A stretch of DNA of 64,000 nt, taken from the NCBI GenBank assembly GCA_903819895.1, contig CAIJFH010000027.1, positions 1,675-65,674 on the forward strand, read 5' to 3'. This DNA is from Candidatus Adlerbacteria bacterium. GTDB taxonomy: Bacteria; Patescibacteriota; Minisyncoccia; Phycocordibacterales; SBAW01. The position numbers were made by a program, and so were the translations under genes. The notes below the pieces were generated by a model. It was not told the origin of the DNA. It worked only from the letters and a program-made list of their open reading frames with translations, and made no database searches. Shown piece after piece: positions 8,780-17,789 of this stretch (the first letter of the stretch is position 1; the number at the start of each line of letters is the position of its first letter).

Positions 8780-9075
8780 TTCCTACTTCACGCAGTTTCC
8801 CACGTGAGGGACGCCAAAATCGAGGCGTCCCTAGTCGTCAGCCGTTGGTACTCCGCCAGCTGACGGTGGTGGGCGGATCAACGTTGTTCCGCTCGACACC
8901 CGGCCCTCGGTGGCCACTCCGGAGGGCAGGCCGAAAAAGGGTCTTTTGCACGTGCATCCCTTTCGTGTTTGCCAGAGCGACGATGCTCTGGCGCGGCTGG
9001 TGCACCCAATAAGATTTAGACAGTGCACCCACCTAAACAGTACGTTCATTCACTCTTCATGTCAACAACAGATCT
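8780..9075 (-). ncRNA. Candidate structured non-coding RNA (identity unresolved) in ORF-free region between rpsA and MBL hydrolase gene
   Basis: The minus strand shows serial perfect hairpins (GCCAGAGC-GACGAT-GCTCTGGC; CGTCAGC...GCTGACG; GGGACGCC-TCGATTTT-GGCGTCCC). The segment is bounded by a TTGACA-containing promoter-like sequence near 9060-9080 and the terminator at 8732-8779. No ORF is present. No RNase P, tmRNA or SRP consensus was recognised by eye. Confidence 0.3.
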
Positions 9076-9133
9076 TGGATTGTTTGGATAGGGAAGTGGT
9101 GGAGAATGGTCGGGTGTGATAAAATACTGCTAT

Positions 9134-9781
9134 ATGGTGATCAGCTACCTCGGCGGTGAGTGTTTTAAAATTACCCAAGGCGATTTGACGATCGCAGTTA
9201 ACCCGCCCTCCAAGGACTCGACGCTGAAAGGTGTTAAGTTTGGCGCGGATATCACGCTCGTGTCGCAGGATCACCCCGACTTTAATGGTGTCGAGAGCAA
9301 CATTTTTGGCGAGCGCGAGCCGTTTGTCGTGCGCGGCCCCGGCGAGTACGAGGTGCGCGGCGTGGCGATCCGCGGCTTTGCGTCTGAGTCGCACTATGGC
9401 TTTTCTAATGGCAAGGCGGGGGCAGTGGAGGAATCTCATGTGAATACTATATATAGTATCGTCTTGGAGGGGATGAACCTCTGCTTTTTGGGTGCGCTCG
9501 GCTCGGCAACACTCCCCACTGCCGCCAAGCAGGAGTTGGATGATATTGATATACTATTTCTACCAATTGGAGGAGACGGCATTATCGACTACGCCGAGGC
9601 GTACAAATTGGCGGTGCAGTTGGAGCCCCGGGCAATTATCCCGATGCACTATACTCCCGAGACGCTCAAGCATTTTCTGAAGGAGGCGGGTGCAGACACG
9701 GTCGAGCCGCAGGAAAAACTGACGGTCAAAAAGAAGGATTTGGAAGGGAAGGAAAATGAGATTGTCGTGCTCGCATCGTAG
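9134..9781 (+). CDS. Metallo-beta-lactamase-fold hydrolase (UPF0173-like)
   Basis: The pattern MVISYLGGECFKI...GADITLVSQDHPDFNG...DILFLPIGG...IIPMHY matches the MBL fold of Zn-dependent hydrolases. The start is taken at the internal ATG (ORF from 9116). Confidence 0.75.
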   Translation: MVISYLGGECFKITQGDLTIAVNPPSKDSTLKGVKFGADITLVSQDHPDFNGVESNIFGEREPFVVRGPGEYEVRGVAIRGFASESHYGFSNGKAGAVEESHVNTIYSIVLEGMNLCFLGALGSATLPTAAKQELDDIDILFLPIGGDGIIDYAEAYKLAVQLEPRAIIPMHYTPETLKHFLKEAGADTVEPQEKLTVKKKDLEGKENEIVVLAS

Positions 9782-9807
9782 TTACTTGTAGTGAGCGAAG
9801 TCGAACT

Positions 9808-10134
9808 ATGAAAAAATATTTGCATCATATAAAATCCAAGCCGACCCACGAGCGCCGCGAGCATGCGATGCGTGTTGCGGGCGTGGTGACCGCGCTGGTC
9901 TTTTTTGGGTGGATCAGTACACTGGGTGTGCGCTTGGCGATCCACAGCTCGGCTGCGTCGGTCGCGAGTGCAGGTGATTCGACCGCGAGTGGCGACAGTA
10001 CGAGCGCCAACCAAACGCAGTTGGCGGGCGTTGCCGCGGCAGACCAGACAACCAACACCGCGCAAGGTGGAGGCGACACCGACCCAAACGCCAACCATCT
10101 GGAGGTGGCGACAACCAGCGTCTTTGCGCAGTAG
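9808..10134 (+). CDS. Hypothetical small membrane-anchored protein
   Basis: The ORF has an N-terminal TM helix (VAGVVTALVFFGWISTLGV) and a Ser/Ala/Thr-rich tail. There is no recognisable domain. Confidence 0.45.
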   Translation: MKKYLHHIKSKPTHERREHAMRVAGVVTALVFFGWISTLGVRLAIHSSAASVASAGDSTASGDSTSANQTQLAGVAAADQTTNTAQGGGDTDPNANHLEVATTSVFAQ

Positions 10135-10164
10135 GTTCTCATCCCGCACACTTTTTCTATCCGT

Positions 10165-12753
10165 ATGGCTGATAAAAATACAAAAAAAATTGAAGAATCG
10201 GCGCCAATGCCCGAGCGTGTGAACGTGATAGATCGCAACATTTCAACCGAGATGCGCGAGTCGTACCTCGATTACGCAATGTCGGTGATTACGACACGTG
10301 CGCTCCCCGATGTGCGCGATGGTTTGAAGCCCGTGCACCGCCGCATCCTCTACGCGATGCATCGCATGGGGCTCACCCCGGGCGCACGTTTTCGCAAGTC
10401 GGCGGCAGTGGTTGGTGATGTGCTGGGTAAGTACCATCCGCACGGCGATATTTCTGTATACGATGCAATGGTCAAGATGGCGCAAGAGTTCTCGATGCGC
10501 TACCCATTGGTTATTGGCCAAGGAAACTTCGGCTCAATCGACGGCGACTCGGCAGCAGCGATGCGCTACACCGAGGCAAAGATGTCGTCGATGGCGTCGC
10601 TCTTGTTGAACGATCTCGAGAAGGAGACCGTCGACTGGCGCCCCAACTACGACGGCACACTCAAAGAGCCCGAGGTGCTGCCCGCTGCGGTGCCAAATAT
10701 TTTGCTCAACGGTACACTCGGCATCGCCGTTGGTATGGCGACCTCTATCCCGCCACACAACCTCACCGAACTCACCAACGCGCTCACGCATTTGATAGAA
10801 AACCCCGATGCGACGGTCGAGGATTTGATGGAGCATGTCTCGGGCCCCGACTTCCCCACAGGCGCGGTCGCGTTTAATAAAAAGGATTTGCTGCACGCCT
10901 ACACCACCGGCAAGGGCGGCGTCGTGGTGCGCGGCCAGGCCGAAATTGTCGAGGATAAAAAAGGCAACTTCCAAATTATCATCACCTCCATCCCATACCG
11001 CGTCAACAAGTCCGACCTCATTGTCCGCATCGCCGATTTGGTGCGCGATAAAAAAATCGATGGCATCAGAGGGCTCCGCGATGAATCAACCCGCGACATC
11101 CGCGTCGTGGTCGACCTCAAGGTTGGTGCGCATCCACAAAAGGTGCTCAACTTTCTCTACAAGCACACGGCGCTCGAGGACACGTTCCACTTCAACATGG
11201 TCGTCTTGGTCGACGGCGTGCCGCAAACGCTGTCACTCAAAGGGATCCTCCAAGAGTTTATCAAGCACCGCAAGGTGATCGTGAAGCGTCGCACTGAGTA
11301 CGATTTGCGCAAAGCGCAAGAGCGCGAGCACATTTTGCTTGGCCTCACCAAAGCCCTCGATCATATCGACGAGGTGATCAAGACGATTCGCGCGTCCAAG
11401 GATGTGCCGGACGCAGCAGCCAACCTCATCAAAAAGTTTAAATTTTCCGACCTGCAAGCGGCAGCGATTTTGGAGATGCGCTTGTCGCGTCTTGCAAACC
11501 TCGAGCGCAAGAAGGTCGAAGACGAGTTAGCAGAAGTACAGGCGATGATCGCTGAGTGGACCGCGCTCTTGGGGAGTGAAAAGAAGATGCTCAGTGTCGT
11601 CAAAACAGAAATTGTCGCTGCGGGCGAGAAGTTTGGCGATGATCGCAACACCAAAGTCATTAAGGGTGCCGCAGGTATCATCAACGTCGAGGACTTGGTG
11701 CCCGAGGAGGAGCAGGTGCTCGTCCTCACCTCCGGCGGCTACGTCAAACGCACCAACCCCGAGGAGTACAAACGCCAAAAGCGCGGCGGCGTTGGTGTGA
11801 TTGACCTTGATACAAAGGAGGAGGATTTTGTCACCACGGTCCTCACCACCTCGAGCCACAGCGACCTGCTCTTTTTTACCGACCTTGGCAAAGCGTATCA
11901 AATCAAGATGTACGAGCTCCCCGAAGGGAAGCGTTCGACCAAAGGCAAGGCGATCGTCAACTTTTTGTCGATTGGTGACAACGAAAAGGTCACGAGTGTC
12001 TTGCCGATGCGCCTCTCTGCACACTCGACCAAGGGTAAAAAATCTGCCAAGGCGGATGGTGCGTCTGGCAAGGATGATGCTGCCGAGGGATCGCAGTCGC
12101 TGTACATGATCACCAAGTTGGGTGTCGCCAAGAAAGTTGATGCGACCGCGTTCCACGATGTGCGAAGATCGGGGCTCATCGCGATGCGGCTCGACGCAGG
12201 CGACCAGCTCATCGCAGCGCTGTTGGTGGGTAAGGGGGATGAAATTGTCCTCACCTCGCAGCGTGGGCAAGCGATCCGCTTTAAAGAAAGTGACATCCGC
12301 TCGATGGGTCGGACAGCCGGCGGCGTGCGCGGTATGAAGCTCGACAAAGACGATGTTATTGTCGGCGCCGATGTGGTGCGCCACGGCGACAAGGGGGCAG
12401 AGATCCTCGTCGTGACAAAGAATGGCTACGGCAAGACGACGCCTGCGAAAGAATATAAAACGCAGAATCGCGGCGGCTCGGGAATCAAGACGGTCAAAGT
12501 AACGCCAAAGACGGGGCAGCTGATCGCCGCGCGCGTGGTCTCAAAAGTTGGCGGCAATGCAAAGTCGTCTGGCAACGGCGACACGTCCGCCGACAACATC
12601 AACGACATGAGCGAGCTCGTCGTCGTCTCGCAAAAAGGCCAAGTGATCCGCACCGAGCTCTCCGAGATCCCATCCCTCTCGCGCGACACCCAAGGCGTCC
12701 GTATCATGAAACTCCGCGACGGCGACGCCATTGCGAGCTTTGTTTGTTTGTAA
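10165..12753 (+). CDS. gyrA: DNA gyrase subunit A
   Basis: [26 protein letters not shown], the catalytic Tyr region [11 protein letters not shown], GyrA-box and C-terminal beta-pinwheel repeats are present. The product is 862 aa. Confidence 0.95.
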   Translation: MADKNTKKIEESAPMPERVNVIDRNISTEMRESYLDYAMSVITTRALPDVRDGLKPVHRRILYAMHRMGLTPGARFRKSAAVVGDVLGKYHPHGDISVYDAMVKMAQEFSMRYPLVIGQGNFGSIDGDSAAAMRYTEAKMSSMASLLLNDLEKETVDWRPNYDGTLKEPEVLPAAVPNILLNGTLGIAVGMATSIPPHNLTELTNALTHLIENPDATVEDLMEHVSGPDFPTGAVAFNKKDLLHAYTTGKGGVVVRGQAEIVEDKKGNFQIIITSIPYRVNKSDLIVRIADLVRDKKIDGIRGLRDESTRDIRVVVDLKVGAHPQKVLNFLYKHTALEDTFHFNMVVLVDGVPQTLSLKGILQEFIKHRKVIVKRRTEYDLRKAQEREHILLGLTKALDHIDEVIKTIRASKDVPDAAANLIKKFKFSDLQAAAILEMRLSRLANLERKKVEDELAEVQAMIAEWTALLGSEKKMLSVVKTEIVAAGEKFGDDRNTKVIKGAAGIINVEDLVPEEEQVLVLTSGGYVKRTNPEEYKRQKRGGVGVIDLDTKEEDFVTTVLTTSSHSDLLFFTDLGKAYQIKMYELPEGKRSTKGKAIVNFLSIGDNEKVTSVLPMRLSAHSTKGKKSAKADGASGKDDAAEGSQSLYMITKLGVAKKVDATAFHDVRRSGLIAMRLDAGDQLIAALLVGKGDEIVLTSQRGQAIRFKESDIRSMGRTAGGVRGMKLDKDDVIVGADVVRHGDKGAEILVVTKNGYGKTTPAKEYKTQNRGGSGIKTVKVTPKTGQLIAARVVSKVGGNAKSSGNGDTSADNINDMSELVVVSQKGQVIRTELSEIPSLSRDTQGVRIMKLRDGDAIASFVCL

Positions 12754-12760
12754 AATCTTT

Positions 12761-13012
12761 ATGCTTGATAGAGAAAGTGACAATAAAATTATTGGTACAT
12801 TAGGTGCAACCAATACGAATCTCTTTCAAATACAGGGTACTCTTTCTAGTTTAGCGAGACAGTTTTCAGACTTAAACAAAAATCTGAGGGATTCGGCTGA
12901 ATCGTCCACAAAACTTACGAAAGCAATTAAAAACGTAACATTGTTTGGTGTCGGTGTCGCCGTTCTTTCTTTATGTTGGGATATTTACAAGACACTGTTT
13001 CTTCATGCCTAA
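12761..13012 (+). CDS. Hypothetical small protein with C-terminal TM helix, in AT-rich islet
   Basis: The ORF is AT-rich (about 38% GC against a host of about 58%). The product is MLDRESDNKIIGTLGATNTNLFQIQ...VTLFGVGVAVLSLCWDIY. Confidence 0.4.
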   Translation: MLDRESDNKIIGTLGATNTNLFQIQGTLSSLARQFSDLNKNLRDSAESSTKLTKAIKNVTLFGVGVAVLSLCWDIYKTLFLHA

Positions 13013-13020
13013 ATAGTCAT

Positions 13021-13302
13021 ATGAGGCAAGGACCAAAAAATATTTGTTCTCCACTGGAGCGTAAAACCCCCACACAATATTCAGGGCTGCAGCCAGATAG
13101 TGTAGATTTTCAGGAGTATTTTGATGCCTGGAGTTTGGAGGAACAGATAATGTGTGTGCGTTATGTAGAAAGAGATGCTTTTCGCTACGCATTTAAATTT
13201 GCGTTAGTTGTGGGCTTGATAATTGGTTTTTGCTTTGGCTTTCTTCTCGCTCAGAATCATTATTCTCGTGTGTTGATTGAGAAAGTCTTTGCTGGTCAGT
13301 AG
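13021..13302 (+). CDS. Hypothetical small membrane protein, AT-rich islet
   Basis: The product is MRQGPKNICSPLERK...FKFALVVGLIIGFCFGFLLAQNHY (C-terminal TM). It sits immediately upstream of the Fic/DOC gene. Confidence 0.35.
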   Translation: MRQGPKNICSPLERKTPTQYSGLQPDSVDFQEYFDAWSLEEQIMCVRYVERDAFRYAFKFALVVGLIIGFCFGFLLAQNHYSRVLIEKVFAGQ

Positions 13303-13408
13303 AAAATAGGTGCCAAGTATTTCTTCTGGCGCGTGTAGTAAGCAAGGCGTCGCCTTGCTAAAAAGCAAAAAAGCAAACCGTTGTCGAATTTTTTGCTATA
13401 CTTACGGT

Positions 13409-14392
13409 ATGGTACAGGCGAAGAAGAAAACAGGCGGGGTGGTGCTGTATCAGGCAAAGAACGGAGCGATTGAGCTGCGGGGTGATGCGTCACGCGAGAC
13501 GATTTGGGCGAACCGTATGCAGATGGCAGAAATCTTCGGCGTTAATCCACAGGCGATAACCAAGCATATCCAGCATATCTATGAGGAAAAAGAGTTGGAT
13601 CGAAAGGCAACTAGTTCCAAATTGGAACTAGTTCAAAACGAGTCTGGCAGAACAGTAAAACGACAGGTTGATATCTACAACTTGGACGTTATTATTGCTG
13701 TCGGCTATCGAATCAACTCGGTGATGGGGACAAACTTTCGCATCTGGGCGACCAAGACGCTGCGGGAGCATATTACAAAGGGGTACACCATCAACCGCAA
13801 GCAGATTGCCAAGAACTACGACGCGTTTATGAAAGTGGTTGGCGATGTGCAGGCGCTCTTGCCCGAGCATGTCGCACTCGACCCCAAAGGCGTGCTCGAA
13901 CTTATCAAAGAGTTTGCGGGCACGTGGGTGTCGCTCGACGCATACGACAAAGAGACACTCTCGACCAAAGGTGTCACCAAGAAGAGTGTGCGGCTTACTG
14001 GCGAGGAGTTGCGCACAGCGATTAGTGATCTCAAAAAAGAGTTGCTGCGCAAAGGCGAGGCAACAGAGCTCTGTGCTGCCGAGCGCGCGGCGGGGAGTGT
14101 CGAGGGAATTGTCGGCAACGTGATGCAATCCTTCGGCGGCAAGCCGGTTTACGCGACCGTCGAGGAGAAGGCAGCGCACCTCTTGTACTTTATGGTCAAA
14201 AATCATCCCTTTACCGACGGCAACAAGCGGTCGGGCGCTTTCGCGTTCGTGTGGTTCTTGCGAAAGACAGGCAGCCGTGGGAGCCGCAACATCAACCCAG
14301 CAGCGCTCACGGCACTGACATTACTTATTGCCGAAAGTAACCCGCACAAAAAAGATCAGATGGTCGCTCTGGTGACGCAGATGCTCAAATAG
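13409..14392 (+). CDS. Fic/DOC family protein with RhuM-like N-terminal domain
   Basis: The Fic motif HPFTDGNKRSGAFAFVWFL (HPFx[DE]GNxR) is present. The N-terminus (LYQAKNGAIELRGDASRETIWANRMQMAEIFGVNPQAITKHIQHIY) resembles virulence protein RhuM. The start is ATG 13409 (ORF from 13310). Confidence 0.75.
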   Translation: MVQAKKKTGGVVLYQAKNGAIELRGDASRETIWANRMQMAEIFGVNPQAITKHIQHIYEEKELDRKATSSKLELVQNESGRTVKRQVDIYNLDVIIAVGYRINSVMGTNFRIWATKTLREHITKGYTINRKQIAKNYDAFMKVVGDVQALLPEHVALDPKGVLELIKEFAGTWVSLDAYDKETLSTKGVTKKSVRLTGEELRTAISDLKKELLRKGEATELCAAERAAGSVEGIVGNVMQSFGGKPVYATVEEKAAHLLYFMVKNHPFTDGNKRSGAFAFVWFLRKTGSRGSRNINPAALTALTLLIAESNPHKKDQMVALVTQMLK

Positions 14393-14415
14393 ATAGTTGA
14401 TGGTATAGTACACTC

Positions 14416-14940
14416 ATGTCGTCGACGCATCGGCCCAAGGAGGATCAGAACGCGTGGAATATCTTTTTCTCTCTCGTCTTTGGCGGGATAGTGGTTGCTG
14501 CGCTGTGGTGGGTGTGGGGCAGGGGAGGCACCTTCCCACATGCGATACCGCTCTTTGACGCGCTACTCCTCTCGCTCGCGGCGTTTCGCATCACACGGCT
14601 GGTGGTGTATGACAAAATCATGCGCTGGTTCCGCGAGTTGTTTGTCGACGCGCGCGAGTATGACAAAGATGGTGCGACCTGGGTCGAGCTGGTGCCGCCT
14701 CGCGGTGGTGTGCGTCGCACGGTGCACGACTTGCTCGGCTGCCCATGGTGCATCGGCTTTTGGTCGGCGCTCATCGTCACTTGCTGCTACTACCTCTTTG
14801 CGTGGGCGTGGGTGGTGATTCTCTTTCTTGCGATCGCAGCGATGGGCTCGCTCTTTCAAATCATCGCCAATTTGGTTGGCTGGACAGCCGAAAACGGCAA
14901 GCTCGACGCGCACCGCAAAGAGCGCGAGCAAGAGCAGTAG
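14416..14940 (+). CDS. DUF1360-like membrane protein
   Basis: Multiple TM helices and the LLGCPWCIGFWSAL motif are typical of the DUF1360 family. Confidence 0.55.
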   Translation: MSSTHRPKEDQNAWNIFFSLVFGGIVVAALWWVWGRGGTFPHAIPLFDALLLSLAAFRITRLVVYDKIMRWFRELFVDAREYDKDGATWVELVPPRGGVRRTVHDLLGCPWCIGFWSALIVTCCYYLFAWAWVVILFLAIAAMGSLFQIIANLVGWTAENGKLDAHRKEREQEQ

Positions 14941-14999
14941 TATACAAAGGACAGTCCTTGGCATGCCGCCCGCGCGATTTTCTTTGCTACAATAGACGC

Positions 15000-15650
15000 A
15001 TGCAATCCATACGCGCATTCCAAAAACAAGTGCGCCGTGGGGTCGCGCGCCGCGTTGCACGAGTCAAACATTTTGCGGGGCTCATTCTCTTTCTCTTTAT
15101 CTCGCCCATCGTGATCCTCTACTTTGGCATCATCCCGTTTTCTGCACGGCTGTGGATACTCGGGCTGTACATGCTCGTTGCAATCAGTATTGTCATCCGC
15201 CAAGAGCGCTCGCTGCGCAGTTTGGGGATGCGCAGCGACAATCTCAAGACAACCGTCGTGCCCTACACCATCTTTACCTTGGTGAGCGTGCTGCTCTTGC
15301 TCCTCTTTGCACACATTCTCGGCAAAGAGCCGATACCCGAGTGGACACACAACTCGAGCTTGCTCTTTCTCTTTATCCCGATCAGCTTTACGCAGGAGTT
15401 TCTCTACCGGAGCGTCCTCATGACCGAGCTGCGCCGATTTTATGCATCAATCATCTCGGTGATTATCGTCAACTCGCTGCTGTTTACCTTTCTCCACATC
15501 ATCTACGGCGAGCCGTTTATCACGCTGCCCTTGGCGCTGGTCGCGGGGGTCGGCTTCTCGTTTATGTATTACAAATATCCCAACTTGTGGATGATCGCCC
15601 TGTCGCACAGTATCCTCAACTTTGTCGCCGTGCTGTACAGCTTTTTTTAG
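15000..15650 (+). CDS. CPBP (CAAX) family intramembrane metalloprotease
   Basis: The motifs FTQEFLYRSVL (EExxxR-like), FTFLH and LSHSILN lie in polytopic membrane context. The start is ATG 15000, just after an extended -10 TGCTACAAT (probably leaderless). The ORF-track N-terminal extension from 14745 was rejected. Confidence 0.7.
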   Translation: MQSIRAFQKQVRRGVARRVARVKHFAGLILFLFISPIVILYFGIIPFSARLWILGLYMLVAISIVIRQERSLRSLGMRSDNLKTTVVPYTIFTLVSVLLLLLFAHILGKEPIPEWTHNSSLLFLFIPISFTQEFLYRSVLMTELRRFYASIISVIIVNSLLFTFLHIIYGEPFITLPLALVAGVGFSFMYYKYPNLWMIALSHSILNFVAVLYSFF

Positions 15651-15690
15651 GGTCGATTTCGTGGTACGGTAGTGGAGTTCGCACAGCAGT

Positions 15691-15768
15691 CGCACCCTTA
15701 GCTCAGTTGGTAGAGCACACCCTTCACACGGGTGGGGTCGCAGGTTCGAGTCCTGCAGGGTGCACCAC
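15691..15768 (+). tRNA. tRNA-Val (anticodon CAC), CCA encoded
   Basis: The acceptor GCACCCT/AGGGTGC, D-arm GCTCAGTTGGTAGAGC, anticodon stem-loop CACCC-TTCACAC-GGGTG, T-arm GCAGGTTCGAGTCCTGC and a 3' ACCA are present. By my reading there are 2 extra nt between the D-stem and anticodon stem, possibly a transcription artefact of mine. Confidence 0.8.
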
Positions 15769-15914
15769 CCTGAGCAAGCAACCTGCGTTGCTTGCGTCAG
15801 GACGAGAAAGGCGGAGCATGTCGAGCCCAGCAGGGCGAGGCAGCGAGCCGGGGTCGCGGTCGAGGATGCGCGACGGCGCAGACGAGAACCGTGACCGAGT
15901 CGTTAGCAATAGTG

Positions 15915-15985
15915 CGGGCTGTAGTATACCGGTAGTACGCGCGCTTCGGGTGCGTGAAGACCGGGTTCGATTCCCGGCAGCCCGA
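15915..15985 (+). tRNA. tRNA-Pro (anticodon CGG), CCA not encoded
   Basis: The acceptor CGGGCTG/CAGCCCG, anticodon stem-loop CGCGC-TTCGGGT-GCGTG (G37) and T-arm CCGGGTTCGATTCCCGG are present. Confidence 0.75.
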
Positions 15986-16013
15986 CAAGTAGTGTAGAGT
16001 AAGTGAGACCGAG

Positions 16014-16055
16014 TTCGACCCGCCTGCCGGCGGGCAGGTTCCCGGCAGCCCGACA
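16014..16055 (+). terminator. Hairpin plus T-run after tRNA-Pro; contains second copy of tRNA-Pro 3' end (TTCCCGGCAGCCCGACA)
   Basis: The hairpin CTGCCGG-cgggcaggttc-CCGGCAG is followed by CCCGACAGAG and then TTTTTTT (16049-16055). Confidence 0.4.
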
Positions 16056-16102
16056 GAGTTTTTTTGTGTTACATTAATACGCGTGCCACATCGGCACGTT
16101 AG

Positions 16103-16173
16103 GGCCCATAGTTAAGTGGTAAAACGCTGCATTCGCATTGCAGAGGCGCGAGTCCGATTCTCGCTGGGTCCAC
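16103..16173 (+). tRNA. tRNA-Ala (anticodon CGC), G3:U70 present, CCA not encoded
   Basis: The acceptor GGGCCCA/TGGGTCC has a G3-U70 wobble. The anticodon stem-loop is CTGCA-TTCGCAT-TGCAG and the T-arm is GCGAGTCCGATTCTCGC. Confidence 0.8.
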
Positions 16174-16257
16174 AAATCATTGACAGATAAGAACATTCTG
16201 TTCTACATTGTTTGTAGACGATCTCCGACACAACCTCGCAAGAAAGGATTCTGCGTT

Positions 16258-17553
16258 ATGTACAGAGAGTTAAAGTCTCCTGTTGCGGTCCAACTGGAAC
16301 TAACGACAGGATGCAATGAAAGGTGCGTCCATTGCTACAACCACTGGAGAAGATCCTCCGAAGAAGACAGGACTTTGACCGAGGATGACGTCCGGCGAAT
16401 CATCGAGAACCTCAAGGATAGCGAAGTTCCAAACCTGCTCATCACAGGCGGAGAACCGATGCTCTACCCCGACCTATTGATCCGCACACTTGAACTTGGG
16501 AGGGAAGCTGGCCTCAAGTGCTCGCTGAACTCCAATTTGACGCTCGTGACGCCAGAGCTTGCTCGAGAGCTGAAAAGGCTCAAGGTCGGCATACTGACAT
16601 CGATCCTATCTTTTGACGAGAGACTGCACGATAAGCTCACAACCGTGCCTGGTTCCTTCGACATGCTCGTCAAGGGAATCAGGTTGGTCAGGGAATACGA
16701 AATCCCCGTTGGCGCGAACATGGTCGTGATGCAAATGAATGTGGACCAAATCTACGAGACGGGTAGGTTTATTCATAGCATGGGCGTGACTGCGTTTCGG
16801 GCAACGAAAGTACATCCCGCCCAAGGATCCCCATGCTTCGAGAGGATCAAGCTCCCTTCGGAACGCATTGTCGACATTTTCGACACCTTGATTAGGTTGC
16901 GGGATGAGCTCGGACTCGACGTCGATTCTCTGACTACCTACCCCACCTGCCTCCTCAAGGATATGAGCCGCTACGGCCAATTCGTCTCGAGAAGGAGCTG
17001 TAGCGCTGGAAAGACTGGCTGCACAATCGGCGCGGACGGACAAGTTCGCCCGTGCGGTCATTCCGACAACACCTACGGCAACTCTATTGTCGAGCCGCTT
17101 CTCGAAATCTGGCCTAGATTGCGGGAGTGGCGAGACGGCTCGCTGTTACCAACGGAATGCAAAGAATGCAAGCATGTTATTCAATGCAGCGGCGGCTGTC
17201 GTATGGATTGCAAGCACTACGGCAACATCAGTGGGATGGATCCATACGCCCCGGGCAAAGACTTCGCGTACACACCCCAACAACGAGAGGAGGTCACGCC
17301 TCTTGATCCTGAATCGGAGCTGGTCGTTAACTCGACCCTTCGCCTGAGAATCGAGACATTCGGCACAGCACTGATTGTCGATGGGAACTTCAAATCTATC
17401 GTCACCTCTGACACGGCCGAATTGTTGGAGCAGCTACGGAATGCAACTTTCACGCTCGGCTCAATCTCTGAGGAGTATGGTCTTGAGGTGGACATGCTGT
17501 GCAAGTTCTTTGCCAGCTTGCACGCCTTGAGAGTCGTCTACTTTGCCAGCTAG
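16258..17553 (+). CDS. Radical SAM enzyme with C-terminal SPASM domain (peptide-modifying or AnSME-like maturase)
   Basis: The ORF has a GGAG-type RBS (gaaagga). LELTTGCNERCVHCYN carries the CX3CX2C motif and LLITGGEPML the GGEP SAM-binding motif. A C-terminal Cys cluster (CSAGKTGCTIGADGQVRPCGH...CKECKHVIQCSGGCRMDC) matches SPASM. The start is ATG 16258 (ORF from 16138 overlaps tRNA-Ala). GC is lower than the flanking DNA. Confidence 0.85.
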   Translation: MYRELKSPVAVQLELTTGCNERCVHCYNHWRRSSEEDRTLTEDDVRRIIENLKDSEVPNLLITGGEPMLYPDLLIRTLELGREAGLKCSLNSNLTLVTPELARELKRLKVGILTSILSFDERLHDKLTTVPGSFDMLVKGIRLVREYEIPVGANMVVMQMNVDQIYETGRFIHSMGVTAFRATKVHPAQGSPCFERIKLPSERIVDIFDTLIRLRDELGLDVDSLTTYPTCLLKDMSRYGQFVSRRSCSAGKTGCTIGADGQVRPCGHSDNTYGNSIVEPLLEIWPRLREWRDGSLLPTECKECKHVIQCSGGCRMDCKHYGNISGMDPYAPGKDFAYTPQQREEVTPLDPESELVVNSTLRLRIETFGTALIVDGNFKSIVTSDTAELLEQLRNATFTLGSISEEYGLEVDMLCKFFASLHALRVVYFAS

Positions 17554-17661
17554 CACTTGTACTAAAATTGTGCTAGAAACAAACAAGAAAGGAGGCATCC
17601 TAGGAGTTCCCGAGAAGGTTAAGCCGACCACTAAACAACGTAAACAGCGAGGAGATAAGCC

Positions 17662-17778
17662 GTGAAGACACTGAATCTGGGTTTCGTCTCGATGACCACT
17701 ATCAAGGGGCGGGAACCCCAACCCATCCTTGGTCTGGATAGTTGCGACTGTTGGTGTGACTACGACAAGGGGAACTAA
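17662..17778 (+). CDS. Candidate RiPP precursor peptide, 38 aa from GTG (or 28 aa from ATG 17692): MKTLNLGFVSMTTIKGREPQPILGLDSCDCWCDYDKGN
   Basis: This ORF is not in the provided track. GAGGAG lies 7 nt before GTG 17662, and an in-frame ATG is at 17692. The C-terminus is Cys-rich (CDCWC). It sits 109 nt downstream of the rSAM/SPASM gene and is followed by two hairpins (17790-17859). Confidence 0.45.
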   Translation: MKTLNLGFVSMTTIKGREPQPILGLDSCDCWCDYDKGN

Positions 17779-17789
17779 TCCCCCAATGA

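Noticed and set aside
8080-9133. Attempt to assign the ORF-free region to RNase P RNA, tmRNA or SRP RNA
   Set aside because: I could not find the conserved P4 (GGAAAGUCCGG / ACAGAANNCGGCUUA), tmRNA tRNA-like ends with a tag reading frame, or SRP domain IV motifs on either strand by eye. It is left as an unassigned candidate ncRNA rather than a named RNA.
14745-15650. N-terminal 85-aa extension of the CPBP protease ORF overlapping the DUF1360 gene
   Set aside because: The extension overlaps the upstream gene in another frame and is Arg-rich junk. A promoter and ATG at 15000 give a clean membrane protein.
15152-15997. 281-aa ORF spanning the tRNA cluster
   Set aside because: It covers three tRNA genes and the spacers between them, so it is not coding.
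16138-16257. N-terminal extension of the rSAM ORF into tRNA-Ala; likewise 31265-31378, 43693-43917 and 61949-62209 extensions
   Set aside because: The extensions overlap tRNA or upstream genes. Internal ATGs with an RBS and conserved N-termini give the proper starts.
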